A stretch of 64,000 nucleotides of DNA from a virus, in the IMG/VR virus record IMGVR_UViG_3300017917_002349, positions 64,001-128,000 of that record. One strand, written 5' to 3'. The notes beneath the pieces were generated by a model. That model did no database searches. It was not told the origin of the DNA and saw nothing but the letters and a program-made list of their open reading frames with translations. The position numbers and the translations under genes were made by a program. Positions 39,980-48,327 of the stretch are shown in pieces. Position 1 is the first letter of the stretch; every line of letters starts with the position of its first letter.

Positions 39980-40054
39980 TGGTAGCCGCGAGTGGGAACG
40001 ATCCACCGGCCTAACGCTTATCAAGCGTTTGCTCTACCACTGAGCTACGCGGCT
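39980..40054 (-). tRNA. tRNA-Ile(GAT)
   Basis: Cloverleaf, anticodon arm AACGC-TTGATAA-GCGTT, encoded CCA. Confidence 0.9.
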
Positions 40055-40176
40055 AAATTTGGTAGTTTGATAACGATCTTGCGGCATTAGATATTTATCG
40101 GCGCAGCCGCGCAAAAAATTTTTGAGCGCGAAGCGTAGCGCAGCAAACGCGGTCAAAAGAGATCTAGACTGGGATA

Positions 40177-40419
40177 TCAGAGTAGAGAATCGCCGCCGAG
40201 ATCAGGATCCAGCGGTAGTCCCGTGGCGAGATCTAGACTGGGATCTACACAGGGGCAATGATCAGCCCAGGTTAACAGGAACTCTGTTAATAGCTGGGGA
40301 TCTGTGATGGTAAAACGTGTGCGATTGAGATGAGGGTCGATGTCAATGCCTCGTGACTCTAACCACCGGAGTACATGATAGAACTGGGGATCTTGGGTAT
40401 ATACACAGTATTGCGGCAC
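40177..40419 (-). CDS. Hypothetical protein
   Basis: Protein-like ORF, HLNRTRF. Confidence 0.55.
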   Translation of the reverse strand: MPQYCVYTQDPQFYHVLRWLESRGIDIDPHLNRTRFTITDPQLLTEFLLTWADHCPCVDPSLDLATGLPLDPDLGGDSLL

Positions 40420-40450
40420 AGCAATATATATGCTAAATACTACCTAGAGA

Positions 40451-40696
40451 GTGAAATTTCTAGGAGAACACACCGTGACAGAAACACATTGGAGAACTAT
40501 AGCAAAGAGCATATCTTGGCGCATAGTGGCAACACTGGTAACAGCATGGTTCACAGGCCTAACTGGTGCTATAGTGATTAATATATGGATGACAGTGGCA
40601 TATTACATACACGAGCGTGTATGGACAAGAATTACATGGGGCTTTAAGCCCTTTTTTGTTGACCAGAATAAGATCAGTGTAGACAGCAGAGTCTAG
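40451..40696 (+). CDS. DUF2061-like membrane protein
   Basis: ETHWRTIAKSISWR..YYIHERVW..I.WG. Confidence 0.8.
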   Translation: MKFLGEHTVTETHWRTIAKSISWRIVATLVTAWFTGLTGAIVINIWMTVAYYIHERVWTRITWGFKPFFVDQNKISVDSRV

Positions 40697-40828
40697 CCCG
40701 AAATGGGAGTACAGCCCAAAAAAATTGGCCGCGCAAAAAAAACAGATCCCGAAAAAGTTTTCAGGGTGGTGATTTGCTACCACACTGTTGCTAAAATACA
40801 ACACATGCATGCATAACCGGCCACCACC

Positions 40829-41041
40829 TCAACACCGAAGGGTCTGACCTGGCTGCCTCTGCTCAGGTCTAAGGTGGCCACCACAGTGTCTGAGGGCTCG
40901 ATCATCCCAGGCAGGTATCTGATCATGCAGCTGACCTTGGCTGGGCCTGGGATCCCAGGGTGCGTCACGATAATCTCGTATAGCGCACGCCTGTAGAGCT
41001 AGACAGCTAACTACAGCAACGCCGAATAATAGCCGTGACAT
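40829..41041 (-). CDS. Putative lipoprotein
   Basis: Signal peptide with LQAC lipobox. Confidence 0.65.
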   Translation of the reverse strand: MSRLLFGVAVVSCLALQACAIRDYRDAPWDPRPSQGQLHDQIPAWDDRALRHCGGHLRPEQRQPGQTLRC

Positions 41042-41240
41042 CTTCTGTTATCTCTGTGTGTTGATCCATGACTGCTGCGATCATCAGCTGATGTATGGTC
41101 ACAGCATCCTGCTTGTATGCTGGGGGCAAGTTGCCAATAAGACGATCCACTGCCTCTTGCGATTCGCAGCTCCAGATCATGTCAGCGATCTGATACTGCT
41201 GACGGGTCAGTCCCCGTAGTTCAATAGTCATTGCCGTCAC
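41007..41240 (-). CDS. Hypothetical protein
   Basis: Early-array ORF. Confidence 0.7.
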   Translation of the reverse strand: MTAMTIELRGLTRQQYQIADMIWSCESQEAVDRLIGNLPPAYKQDAVTIHQLMIAAVMDQHTEITEDVTAIIRRCCS

Positions 41241-41415
41241 CTGCTCGCTTGATCATCAGTGTGCCACACGCCATGCAGCCAAGTCCAGTGACTGCTACCA
41301 GCACTGACTGTAGGAGCTCTGAGTCAGTGATTGAGTTCTCTACACCGCCTACTGCGAATGCTGTGATGATCATACCTACTATGACGACGAACATGCCCTG
41401 CTTTTCTGTGACCAT
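41221..41415 (-). CDS. Small two-TM membrane protein
   Basis: AGGAGCAC RBS and promoter 41448-41476. Confidence 0.75.
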   Translation of the reverse strand: MVTEKQGMFVVIVGMIITAFAVGGVENSITDSELLQSVLVAVTGLGCMACGTLMIKRAGDGNDY

Positions 41416-41481
41416 TTAGTGCTCCTTGTTTGTTAGTGTATGTGTTGATTATACAGCCAAATGCTGGGTCTGTCAACCAAT

Positions 41482-41871
41482 TTAGACCCAGCTGTCTACC
41501 ATCAAGACAGGCTTCTTCAGCACTCGTTTGACGAAGTCCTCGGGCTCATCGTCAGTGCGTACTAACATAAAGCCCATGCTCTCTACTAGGTCTATTTCCT
41601 TGATCTCTAGGTCTATGCCCGCAGCTTCCAGGGCACGATTGATGTTAGTAAGCGCATACTTAACACCTGCGTCGAACGCCTCATACTCGCCGTCACCTAC
41701 ATCTTCTGCGTCATAGTCAAAACCCTCTACCATTGCGTTCAGATACTCTTGACCGTCTGCAACGATGAACTTGCCAATCTTCTTCCACTGGCGCTGGTCC
41801 TCGCAGTCGAAGTGGTCACAGCATTCGTTGAGATCAAAACTTGCGAATTCGTCGTAGTTTACTTTGGCCAT
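41482..41871 (-). CDS. Hypothetical acidic protein
   Basis: GGGAGCGAC RBS, own promoter. Confidence 0.8.
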   Translation of the reverse strand: MAKVNYDEFASFDLNECCDHFDCEDQRQWKKIGKFIVADGQEYLNAMVEGFDYDAEDVGDGEYEAFDAGVKYALTNINRALEAAGIDLEIKEIDLVESMGFMLVRTDDEPEDFVKRVLKKPVLMVDSWV

Positions 41872-41916
41872 TTGGGTCGCTCCCTGTTGTGTTAATATGT
41901 GTTAATTATAGCTGAA

Positions 41917-42201
41917 TCAATCACCGCTGTCAATCTGATAGCGATCCCCACACTCCGAGCAGGTGTATTCTGTAAGGCAACGCCCCACAGTCTGCGATGT
42001 ATACTTGTGTTTACAGGGCTGTCCTTCCTTGTCGAGTCGGACTTGACCTGTAGGGCGACCGAACATATACTGGCCGCCACAGTTGGTGCAACCAAAAGTA
42101 TCTGTGGCTGCATCATAGCCTGCGATCACGTGCTTATATTTGTTATCACCGGCCGGCACACGACCGCTACCGTTGCAAACTGGGCAAACGCCTTTTTCCA
42201 T
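41917..42201 (-). CDS. Cys-rich zinc-binding protein
   Basis: CPVCNGSG, CTNCGG, CSECG; start moved to ATG behind AGGAGCGAAA. Confidence 0.8.
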   Translation of the reverse strand: MEKGVCPVCNGSGRVPAGDNKYKHVIAGYDAATDTFGCTNCGGQYMFGRPTGQVRLDKEGQPCKHKYTSQTVGRCLTEYTCSECGDRYQIDSGD

Positions 42202-42256
42202 CTTTCGCTCCTTACTATTCACTATACCTATAGTATAGCACCGCAGGCCCAATCTG

Positions 42257-42568
42257 TCAACCAATCTTCTTGATCTTCCTATCCAAAGATTCCTGGATCT
42301 CTCGTGTGGCTTGATCTAGCAGTTGCCCGCGGGTGTGGACGTCGCTGTTGCAGAACTGCCACATCTTGAACGCATCCCCTCTGAGTCCCATCAAGATCCC
42401 TTCGTAGTCCCGGTAGGAGCAGCAGGCCCAGAGACTCTGAGGACGATAGGTGTAGAAGTCATAGTCACGCTCTGTGTTGTGCTGGGTGACTATGCGTCGG
42501 GCCGTGCTCTGCAGTCGGTAATACTTCTGCATGTGCCCGGACTTTTGATCGTAGACTACCCACCCCAT
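42257..42568 (-). CDS. Hypothetical protein (N-terminus resembles 55108-55413)
   Basis: MGWVVYDQKS start coupled to the upstream stop. Confidence 0.7.
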   Translation of the reverse strand: MGWVVYDQKSGHMQKYYRLQSTARRIVTQHNTERDYDFYTYRPQSLWACCSYRDYEGILMGLRGDAFKMWQFCNSDVHTRGQLLDQATREIQESLDRKIKKIG

Positions 42569-42915
42569 CAGTCCAACCTCGATCCTGCGTAGGCTTGGAA
42601 ACCATACCGCTTGAACACCTCTGCCGCTGCCTCTGCACCTGCTTCCAGGGTGTCCACGTTCTGGCAACCGAACTTGCTGGGATTCCACATCTGCAGACCG
42701 CCGCTGTAGGACGGACGGATGTCGCACTCTTTCAGTGCGCGACCGATCTTGGTGTTGCCTTTGACACCGTAGATGTTTACCCAGGCGAAACCACAGGCGA
42801 AACGATCTTGACCTCCCAGGACTTCCTGGAAGTATTTCTGTGCAGCAGCGTAGGCCGCTTGCTGTGCTTCTTGGACGATTGCAGGGATCTGCTCGGGGGT
42901 TGCTGTGATAGTCAT
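42568..42915 (-). CDS. Hypothetical protein
   Basis: ACGFAWV..SRLD; AGGAGCCC RBS. Confidence 0.8.
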   Translation of the reverse strand: MTITATPEQIPAIVQEAQQAAYAAAQKYFQEVLGGQDRFACGFAWVNIYGVKGNTKIGRALKECDIRPSYSGGLQMWNPSKFGCQNVDTLEAGAEAAAEVFKRYGFQAYAGSRLD

Positions 42916-42968
42916 TTGGGCTCCTTGTTGTCTAAGTGTGTGTAGTATACTGTGAATTGGCTGCTGTG

Positions 42969-43199
42969 TCAACCAAAATGTTTCAGTAGCCCGCCAAGGC
43001 ATAGGGTTATGGCCACAGCATTAATCACCATCTGCGGATAGTTCTTGACCCTAACAGTCCAGATGAAATAGGCTGTGCCACCTAGCAGTCCCATAAGAAT
43101 ATTCCACGGATGTAGCTGCGGGAAGTAGTTCATCAGCAGGTACATGACTAGGATGAACGCCGTGCCCACCCATTGGATGATGTCGTTGATGTCTCTCAT
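42969..43199 (-). CDS. Small three-TM membrane protein
   Basis: QW.GT, PWN; resembles 36631-36864. Confidence 0.75.
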   Translation of the reverse strand: MRDINDIIQWVGTAFILVMYLLMNYFPQLHPWNILMGLLGGTAYFIWTVRVKNYPQMVINAVAITLCLGGLLKHFG

Positions 43200-43309
43200 A
43201 GAGCAGCCACGTTGGCCAACACCGCGGCAGTGATCAATAGACCGGCTTGGATGACGCCAGTGATCCAGCCCAGGTAAATCACAGTCAGTGCACCGATGAG
43301 TTTCAACAT
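43196..43309 (-). CDS. 37-aa hydrophobic peptide (not in ORF track)
   Basis: MLKLIGALTVIYLGWITG... behind AGGAGCGAAC and a promoter. Confidence 0.7.
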   Translation of the reverse strand: MLKLIGALTVIYLGWITGVIQAGLLITAAVLANVAAL

Positions 43310-43376
43310 AGTTCGCTCCTAAGTTGTTTAGTTAGTGTGTATATAATAGCATCACTGAACCAAAATGTCAACCAAA

Positions 43377-43745
43377 TTATGTGTGGCTTTTCTGCAACAG
43401 TTCTGAGTCCGGGCTGCGGATCACGAAAGATTCTGTGGGGAATCTCTGCTGTATGCTCTTGAACAGCTCATCTTGGTTGCGCCCCTGACCTAGGAACTGC
43501 TGGGTGTCAGAGCGATAGGCATAGAAGGTATCCTCGTGGCACTCCAATTGGATCTGGATCCTAGGAGCTTCCACGGGAGGTTCTGCTGCAGGCTCTGGGA
43601 ATACGTCGGGGTGTAGATCTCTCAGTTGCTGATCCTTGATTCCCAATCGTCGCATCAGCTGCGTGAATGCTGACAGCATGAACAGCTCACAGAGCTTCCA
43701 ACCTACTATTGTGCCTAGGCTGATGCCTATGAGGAAATCAATCAT
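43377..43745 (-). CDS. Hypothetical protein with N-terminal TM
   Basis: Coupled ORF, QFLGQG. Confidence 0.7.
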   Translation of the reverse strand: MIDFLIGISLGTIVGWKLCELFMLSAFTQLMRRLGIKDQQLRDLHPDVFPEPAAEPPVEAPRIQIQLECHEDTFYAYRSDTQQFLGQGRNQDELFKSIQQRFPTESFVIRSPDSELLQKSHT

Positions 43746-44071
43746 TAGGTTCTCCGGGGTTTGAGCAGAGCCTGGCTTTCCTTGCGCAGTAGTCCCGCTC
43801 TGCGGTACATTTCATCTGCGGCCCGGTTCATGCTTTCACTTCGAGCTTCGGCTAGCTTGGTGCCGCCGAACTCTCGATCGATGTAGTATTGGATGAGGCT
43901 GTTCTTGATCATAGAAGGTAGATCCATGCCCGTGTCCTCGGGTACGATAAAGCGCACAGGGCAACGACCCCATCCACCGTACTCTACGAATTCTGCATAC
44001 CAACGTCTATGATCTTTGTTGTAGGGGTCGAAGGCCACTAGGGGCCTGCACAAGAACTCAAGTTTGCTCAT
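43745..44071 (-). CDS. Hypothetical protein
   Basis: RPLVAFDP..HR, WGRCPVRF; promoter 44112-44140. Confidence 0.75.
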   Translation of the reverse strand: MSKLEFLCRPLVAFDPYNKDHRRWYAEFVEYGGWGRCPVRFIVPEDTGMDLPSMIKNSLIQYYIDREFGGTKLAEARSESMNRAADEMYRRAGLLRKESQALLKPRRT

Positions 44072-44163
44072 TTATCTATCTGGATCCTCTTGGGTCTATA
44101 TTATATATCTTATTATATACAAAGTATTGGTCAAAGTCAACCTACTAGCAGCGGGGCGGTGAT

Positions 44164-44237
44164 AAAAAAACCCACTGTACGTGCATACAGTGGGTCCAAG
44201 TTACCGCCGCCGGGAGCGAATCGGTTTAGGCAGTAAC
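44164..44237 (-). ncRNA. 3'UTR anti-RBS hairpin 1 plus intrinsic terminator (candidate regulatory RNA)
   Basis: GUUACUGCC/GGCGGUAAC outer stem, CCG/CGG inner stem, loop AUUCGCUCC; then ACCCACUGUA/UACAGUGGGU plus U-tract. Confidence 0.7.
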
Positions 44238-44531
44238 AGCCGCTGTCTTCGCGACAGTGACCTTGACACCTGCTTTGGGTGCAGGATTCTTTTTCTCGCA
44301 GTAGGCGATGGCAGCTTGGATAGCGGCATTGCCCGAGCCAAAGCCCACGGACTTGAGATGCTGTACAGCTTCAGCCTTGGTCATCTCGTTGGGCAGCTCT
44401 ACGAGATCCACATCAGTATGACCGTTCTTAGCGAGGATCTTGATGCGCATCACATCATTGGCAAAACGTAGCTTGGTCTTGCCTTCAAGGGTTGAAACGC
44501 CTGCAACAGCAAATTTCTTATCAGTAGCCAT
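44226..44531 (-). CDS. Hypothetical basic protein
   Basis: FAVAGVS..RFAND..GHTDVDLVELP..MTK; own promoter; RBS GGAGAU. Confidence 0.8.
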   Translation of the reverse strand: MATDKKFAVAGVSTLEGKTKLRFANDVMRIKILAKNGHTDVDLVELPNEMTKAEAVQHLKSVGFGSGNAAIQAAIAYCEKKNPAPKAGVKVTVAKTAAVTA

Positions 44532-44613
44532 TTTCAAATCTCCAAAAGTGTGTGTATGAATCTGCCAATCCTTTTATTGGCATAGTTTACTATAGCACAA
44601 CTATCCAAGTATG

Positions 44614-44805
44614 TCAACCGATCGGTTGCCCAATTTGTGGAATCACTTGGATAGTCACGCTTTCCTTCTCGTCTAGGGCGGCGATAAACTCGTCATCATA
44701 GACCAGATCCTGCATGGCCAAATCAATCATTGATTCGACCCGATCCAGATCTGCTTGGCCTGGGCCAGAGCAGATCACGGTAAATGTGTAGGCAAATGTT
44801 CTCAT
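44614..44805 (-). CDS. Hypothetical protein
   Basis: Coupled ORF. Confidence 0.7.
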   Translation of the reverse strand: MRTFAYTFTVICSGPGQADLDRVESMIDLAMQDLVYDDEFIAALDEKESVTIQVIPQIGQPIG

Positions 44806-45422
44806 CCTATCAAACTACGGCGCTGTTCAGCACCATCCTTGATCCATTCTGTGAGCTCTTCTTCGTTCTCACGCTCCCATTCACGGATGCTCTCCGAGAT
44901 ACCAAATGCTTCGTCCAACTCCGGATAGTTCTGCTCGATCTCGTCGGCACCCATGCCTTCTAGACTGAAATCATCGCAGGAGCCTTCAGAGTATTCGCCA
45001 GCAAATGCCATACCACCTTCATAGAACAGGGCATTGACACGGAAACCCAGTTGCTCGAGCTTCTGGTAAGCATTCACGGGTGGAGCCCATGCTGAGTCGA
45101 AGCAGGTGTGTAAGATCCGACCATCTGGATGGATATCCTGATTGCCCGATTCGCCTACATCCCATTTGGTGCCCCACTCATTGGTGCAGAAATCATACCA
45201 GTTGCCGTAGCCATACTTCTCTACATTGCGTCGAGTCTGTGCTTCCAGAGCCTGCTGTTTCTCGTCGTCACCGTAGGAACCACTCATAGTTTCTGTGAGT
45301 TCTTTGGGCACAGGAATGAACTCTTGCAGGAACTCTCCCCGCTCAAGTGCATCGTAGGCCCGCTTGATCATCGCTGGGTCATCGTGTTCTAGTGTGACGT
45401 TATTGTTGCACCAATTCGGCAT
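44802..45422 (-). CDS. DUF1281/YubB (Api92-like) ferredoxin-fold protein
   Basis: MPNWCNN, WYDF..WGTKWD, FDSAWAPP. Confidence 0.8.
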   Translation of the reverse strand: MPNWCNNNVTLEHDDPAMIKRAYDALERGEFLQEFIPVPKELTETMSGSYGDDEKQQALEAQTRRNVEKYGYGNWYDFCTNEWGTKWDVGESGNQDIHPDGRILHTCFDSAWAPPVNAYQKLEQLGFRVNALFYEGGMAFAGEYSEGSCDDFSLEGMGADEIEQNYPELDEAFGISESIREWERENEEELTEWIKDGAEQRRSLIG

Positions 45423-45456
45423 AGTCGCTCTCCTAAGTCAAGTTAGTATTATACAG

Positions 45457-45681
45457 TCAACGGCTCAAAATGTCAACCAGTTTTTGGTTCTGGAAATCTT
45501 TGTATCTGCGATCCAATAAGGAGTCTACGCTGTCCACGAGGGTCTGTTCCATGAGTGTGGCATTTCTGCCACAGATCTGTTCCACCGTCCGCAGGATCTT
45601 GTGCTGTGCCATGGGGCTGTATTCACCGGACTCCAGGGCCTCTACGGCTCTGCGAATGTATTCATGTTCTTGGGGGGTCAT
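45457..45681 (-). CDS. Hypothetical protein
   Basis: Early-array ORF. Confidence 0.65.
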   Translation of the reverse strand: MTPQEHEYIRRAVEALESGEYSPMAQHKILRTVEQICGRNATLMEQTLVDSVDSLLDRRYKDFQNQKLVDILSR

Positions 45682-45892
45682 AGTCTTTCACCATACGGTA
45701 TAGGGGTTCAATTTCTTCACAGTCTACAGCAGAGAATTCGTCATCTCTCCAATCCACGAACTCTGTGCGGACTGGATCTCCATAGTTGCCATCATAGGCT
45801 AGGCTCAGTGCTTCCTCTTCCGAGTCCGCTTCGATCTCGTAGTATTCATCGATAACAGCGGCACGAGCTAGGGTGAACTTGAATCTAGCCAT
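45662..45892 (-). CDS. Hypothetical protein
   Basis: IEADSEEEA motif. Confidence 0.7.
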   Translation of the reverse strand: MARFKFTLARAAVIDEYYEIEADSEEEALSLAYDGNYGDPVRTEFVDWRDDEFSAVDCEEIEPLYRMVKDYDPPRT

Positions 45893-46131
45893 CAGTAATC
45901 CGCCGTGACACGACCGTTATCATAGGTAAGGAATACCTTGCCCGTTTCCACTTGGCCTGTGCCAGCTTCGTCGAAGTAGGTTACCTTATAGCAGAACTGA
46001 CCGCCATTGGTGATACCTACAAACTCTGCGGATTCAAAACTAGCACCTGTGTAACCACTGACTGCTAGAGCACGGGCCAGGCCCTGCCTAGTGAATGTGG
46101 TTAAGGTCTTGAGCGTGTCTGCTGTGATCAT
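45892..46131 (-). CDS. Hypothetical protein
   Basis: Coupled ORF. Confidence 0.7.
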   Translation of the reverse strand: MITADTLKTLTTFTRQGLARALAVSGYTGASFESAEFVGITNGGQFCYKVTYFDEAGTGQVETGKVFLTYDNGRVTADY

Positions 46132-46352
46132 TAGGCACCCCCGTAGTAGATCGCATCCTCATCGGCTGCATTCTCAGCGTATTCTGCGGGGTCCTCATCA
46201 CAATCCTCGCTAAGGATACGCTGGACTTCTTCTGGCTTCAACTCTAGGACGCGGGCGATAGTCAGCACGGTCTGTGCGTCCTGCCCAAAATCGTCACCCA
46301 TGTCGTGGGCCATTTCCTGCACTTCTATTTCCAAATTGCTGAAAAATCCCAT
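46131..46352 (-). CDS. Hypothetical acidic protein
   Basis: AGGAGAGCGAC RBS; start moved to 46352. Confidence 0.75.
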   Translation of the reverse strand: MGFFSNLEIEVQEMAHDMGDDFGQDAQTVLTIARVLELKPEEVQRILSEDCDEDPAEYAENAADEDAIYYGGA

Positions 46353-46401
46353 TGTCGCTCTCCTAAGTATGTGTATATTATAACACACCCTATCCAATCT
46401 G

Positions 46402-46731
46402 TCAACCGATTTCTGCCACGTGTTTGCAGTTGCCACGGAAGGTGAATCCCGGACAGGTGCAGGTCTTGTCCTCTAGATTAACAAAGTAGGAGTTGCCTTT
46501 GGATCCCTTGATCTCCACGGTCGCATTCTTGGCTGCATTCTCAGGGGCCTTGAATGGATTGGGCTTGACTGTTTCGAACTTGCGTCCCCGCTTGTCGAAT
46601 CCTTTGATTCCGTTCTTGAAATACTTGATCTCTTTGGTATCATGCCGTTGGTAGGCAATCAGCGTGGTGCCATCTAGTAGGTAAACATGGGGATGGAAGG
46701 CACCCCCAGTGGTTTCACGCAGTGCTTCCAT
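46402..46731 (-). CDS. SWIM zinc-finger protein
   Basis: GSKGNSY..CTCPGF..CKH. Confidence 0.85.
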   Translation of the reverse strand: MEALRETTGGAFHPHVYLLDGTTLIAYQRHDTKEIKYFKNGIKGFDKRGRKFETVKPNPFKAPENAAKNATVEIKGSKGNSYFVNLEDKTCTCPGFTFRGNCKHVAEIG

Positions 46732-46997
46732 TAACGGTAGTCCTTACGATCACCAAATCGTTCGTTCCAATCGTAGCCAGCCATGTATTCAGCCACTGAC
46801 TCTTTATCGGAGACTTCAACGCGGGGTCCGGAGTCGCTACCAACACCGCCATAGTGCGGCTGTGGACGACGACCGTAGTAGGAATCGGCACTGCCACGAT
46901 CATACAAGCAACCGTGAACTCCACGCACAAACGGAAAACCCTTAAGGGCCCGGACAACACGCTCTTGCTCTGTTTCAGTTTCTAGTTTAATATACAT
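46731..46997 (-). CDS. Hypothetical protein
   Basis: YDRGSADSYYGR; AGGAGCGAAG RBS. Confidence 0.8.
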   Translation of the reverse strand: MYIKLETETEQERVVRALKGFPFVRGVHGCLYDRGSADSYYGRRPQPHYGGVGSDSGPRVEVSDKESVAEYMAGYDWNERFGDRKDYR

Positions 46998-47061
46998 CTT
47001 CGCTCCTGTTATCTAACTATGACTCAAGTATAGCACCAAAATGGCACCCTGTCAACCAAAA

Positions 47062-47382
47062 TCAACGAGGAATACGAACTACGATGCCCTGTGGCGTAGA
47101 AACAACAGCATAGCCCTTGCTCTCAAGAATGCTCACGGCCTCACGAGCCATGGCGCGATCTCTCTTTATGGCACCCTCAAGTTTCACAGCGATGAATTTC
47201 TTGCGGTAGTTGATGTAGCTCTCAGCGTAGGCGAACGCTGTATCCAAAAGGTCCAGAGCTCGCTGTGCCATGCACTGCTGCTGGGGGGTGTAGGTGCAGG
47301 CCAGTTCTCTGTTGCGGTAGTAGGCATTGAGGGCTGCCCCGCGTTTGTTGTCATCTGCATCACGATAGTTTAGTTGTTTCAT
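47062..47382 (-). CDS. Hypothetical protein
   Basis: AGGAGCGUG RBS, own promoter. Confidence 0.75.
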   Translation of the reverse strand: MKQLNYRDADDNKRGAALNAYYRNRELACTYTPQQQCMAQRALDLLDTAFAYAESYINYRKKFIAVKLEGAIKRDRAMAREAVSILESKGYAVVSTPQGIVVRIPR

Positions 47383-47457
47383 TTCACGCTCCTTATGTTC
47401 ACTGTACCTACAGTATAACACCGAAGAATCAAAATGTCAACCAAAATGTCAAAGACC

Positions 47458-47817
47458 CTAGACTATCAAGGGTTTCTTGTAGGGGTCCCTACGATCACTC
47501 CAGATCTTGTAGCTGTGGTTGGCACGTACCCAATCTGCAAATGTCTGTGGCTCAGTCTTGAACCAGGCCTGGATATCGTCTGGACCAATATCTTCCGTGC
47601 TGGTAAACACGTAGATTTCGTAGTGACGATGCTGGTTATACTGTGCTCGAAGTTTCAGTGCTGTAAGGTTAAAGCCCATGGGCTTCTCTACCTTCTTGCT
47701 TTGTTTTATCGAATCAAACAGATGGTTCTTAGCCCAGTTGTCAGGGTGGTGTTCCGTGATCTCTTCAAAGAACTCCACCCCCTCACAGTCCCAAGAGACT
47801 ATGTAATAACGTGTCAT
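47458..47817 (-). CDS. Hypothetical protein
   Basis: WDCEG, LRAQYN.HRHYEIY. Confidence 0.75.
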   Translation of the reverse strand: MTRYYIVSWDCEGVEFFEEITEHHPDNWAKNHLFDSIKQSKKVEKPMGFNLTALKLRAQYNQHRHYEIYVFTSTEDIGPDDIQAWFKTEPQTFADWVRANHSYKIWSDRRDPYKKPLIV

Positions 47818-47987
47818 GAGTTTACTGTGTTGTGCGGATCGAATTCTTCCTCAGAACCAACTCCATTGGAGTCTAACCATTGATAGATCAGTTCCAGAGG
47901 ACAGTCCAGTTGCAGGGCGATGCTCTTAGGGCCATAGCCCTCGATGTAGAGCTGCTCGATGTCATAGGCTAGATCGCTGAGACTCAT
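47814..47987 (-). CDS. Small HTH-like protein (57 aa, not in ORF track)
   Basis: GYGPKSIALQLDCPLELIYQW; coupled on both sides. Confidence 0.65.
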   Translation of the reverse strand: MSLSDLAYDIEQLYIEGYGPKSIALQLDCPLELIYQWLDSNGVGSEEEFDPHNTVNS

Positions 47988-48109
47988 CGTGCAGTCTCCT
48001 TCATGACTTCCTGGGTCTTACCCACAGCCTTATCGATAGCGGATGCTACGCCTGATACTCCAACAGTGGCCACAAACATACCTGCAATGAATGCCATTAG
48101 AATTTTCAT
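47984..48109 (-). CDS. 41-aa membrane-anchored peptide (not in ORF track)
   Basis: AGGAG RBS; MKILMAFIAGMFVATVG. Confidence 0.7.
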   Translation of the reverse strand: MKILMAFIAGMFVATVGVSGVASAIDKAVGKTQEVMKETAR

Positions 48110-48118
48110 GACTACTCC

Positions 48119-48208
48119 TTAAACAAACGCCCAATAAGAACCTACGGCTATTGCATAAACAGCAACAGCGTAGCCCAACATCTTTAGATCTTCTTTGAAC
48201 AAATCCAT
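48119..48208 (-). CDS. 29-aa hydrophobic peptide (not in ORF track)
   Basis: AGGAGCAA RBS behind promoter 48239-48267. Confidence 0.6.
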   Translation of the reverse strand: MDLFKEDLKMLGYAVAVYAIAVGSYWAFV

Positions 48209-48327
48209 GCTTGCTCCTTGAACATTTACGATACCTATAGTATACAACCAATCTAGGATTTTGTCAACTACGCACACGTATAACAGCGGGGCCTGTAGCT
48301 AAAAAGCCACATCCCCTGGCACTCCTG

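Noticed and set aside
40158-40245. Direct repeat GAGATCTAGACTGGGAT (two copies)
   Set aside because: Only two copies, around the end of a small ORF; looks like a local duplication with no further array.
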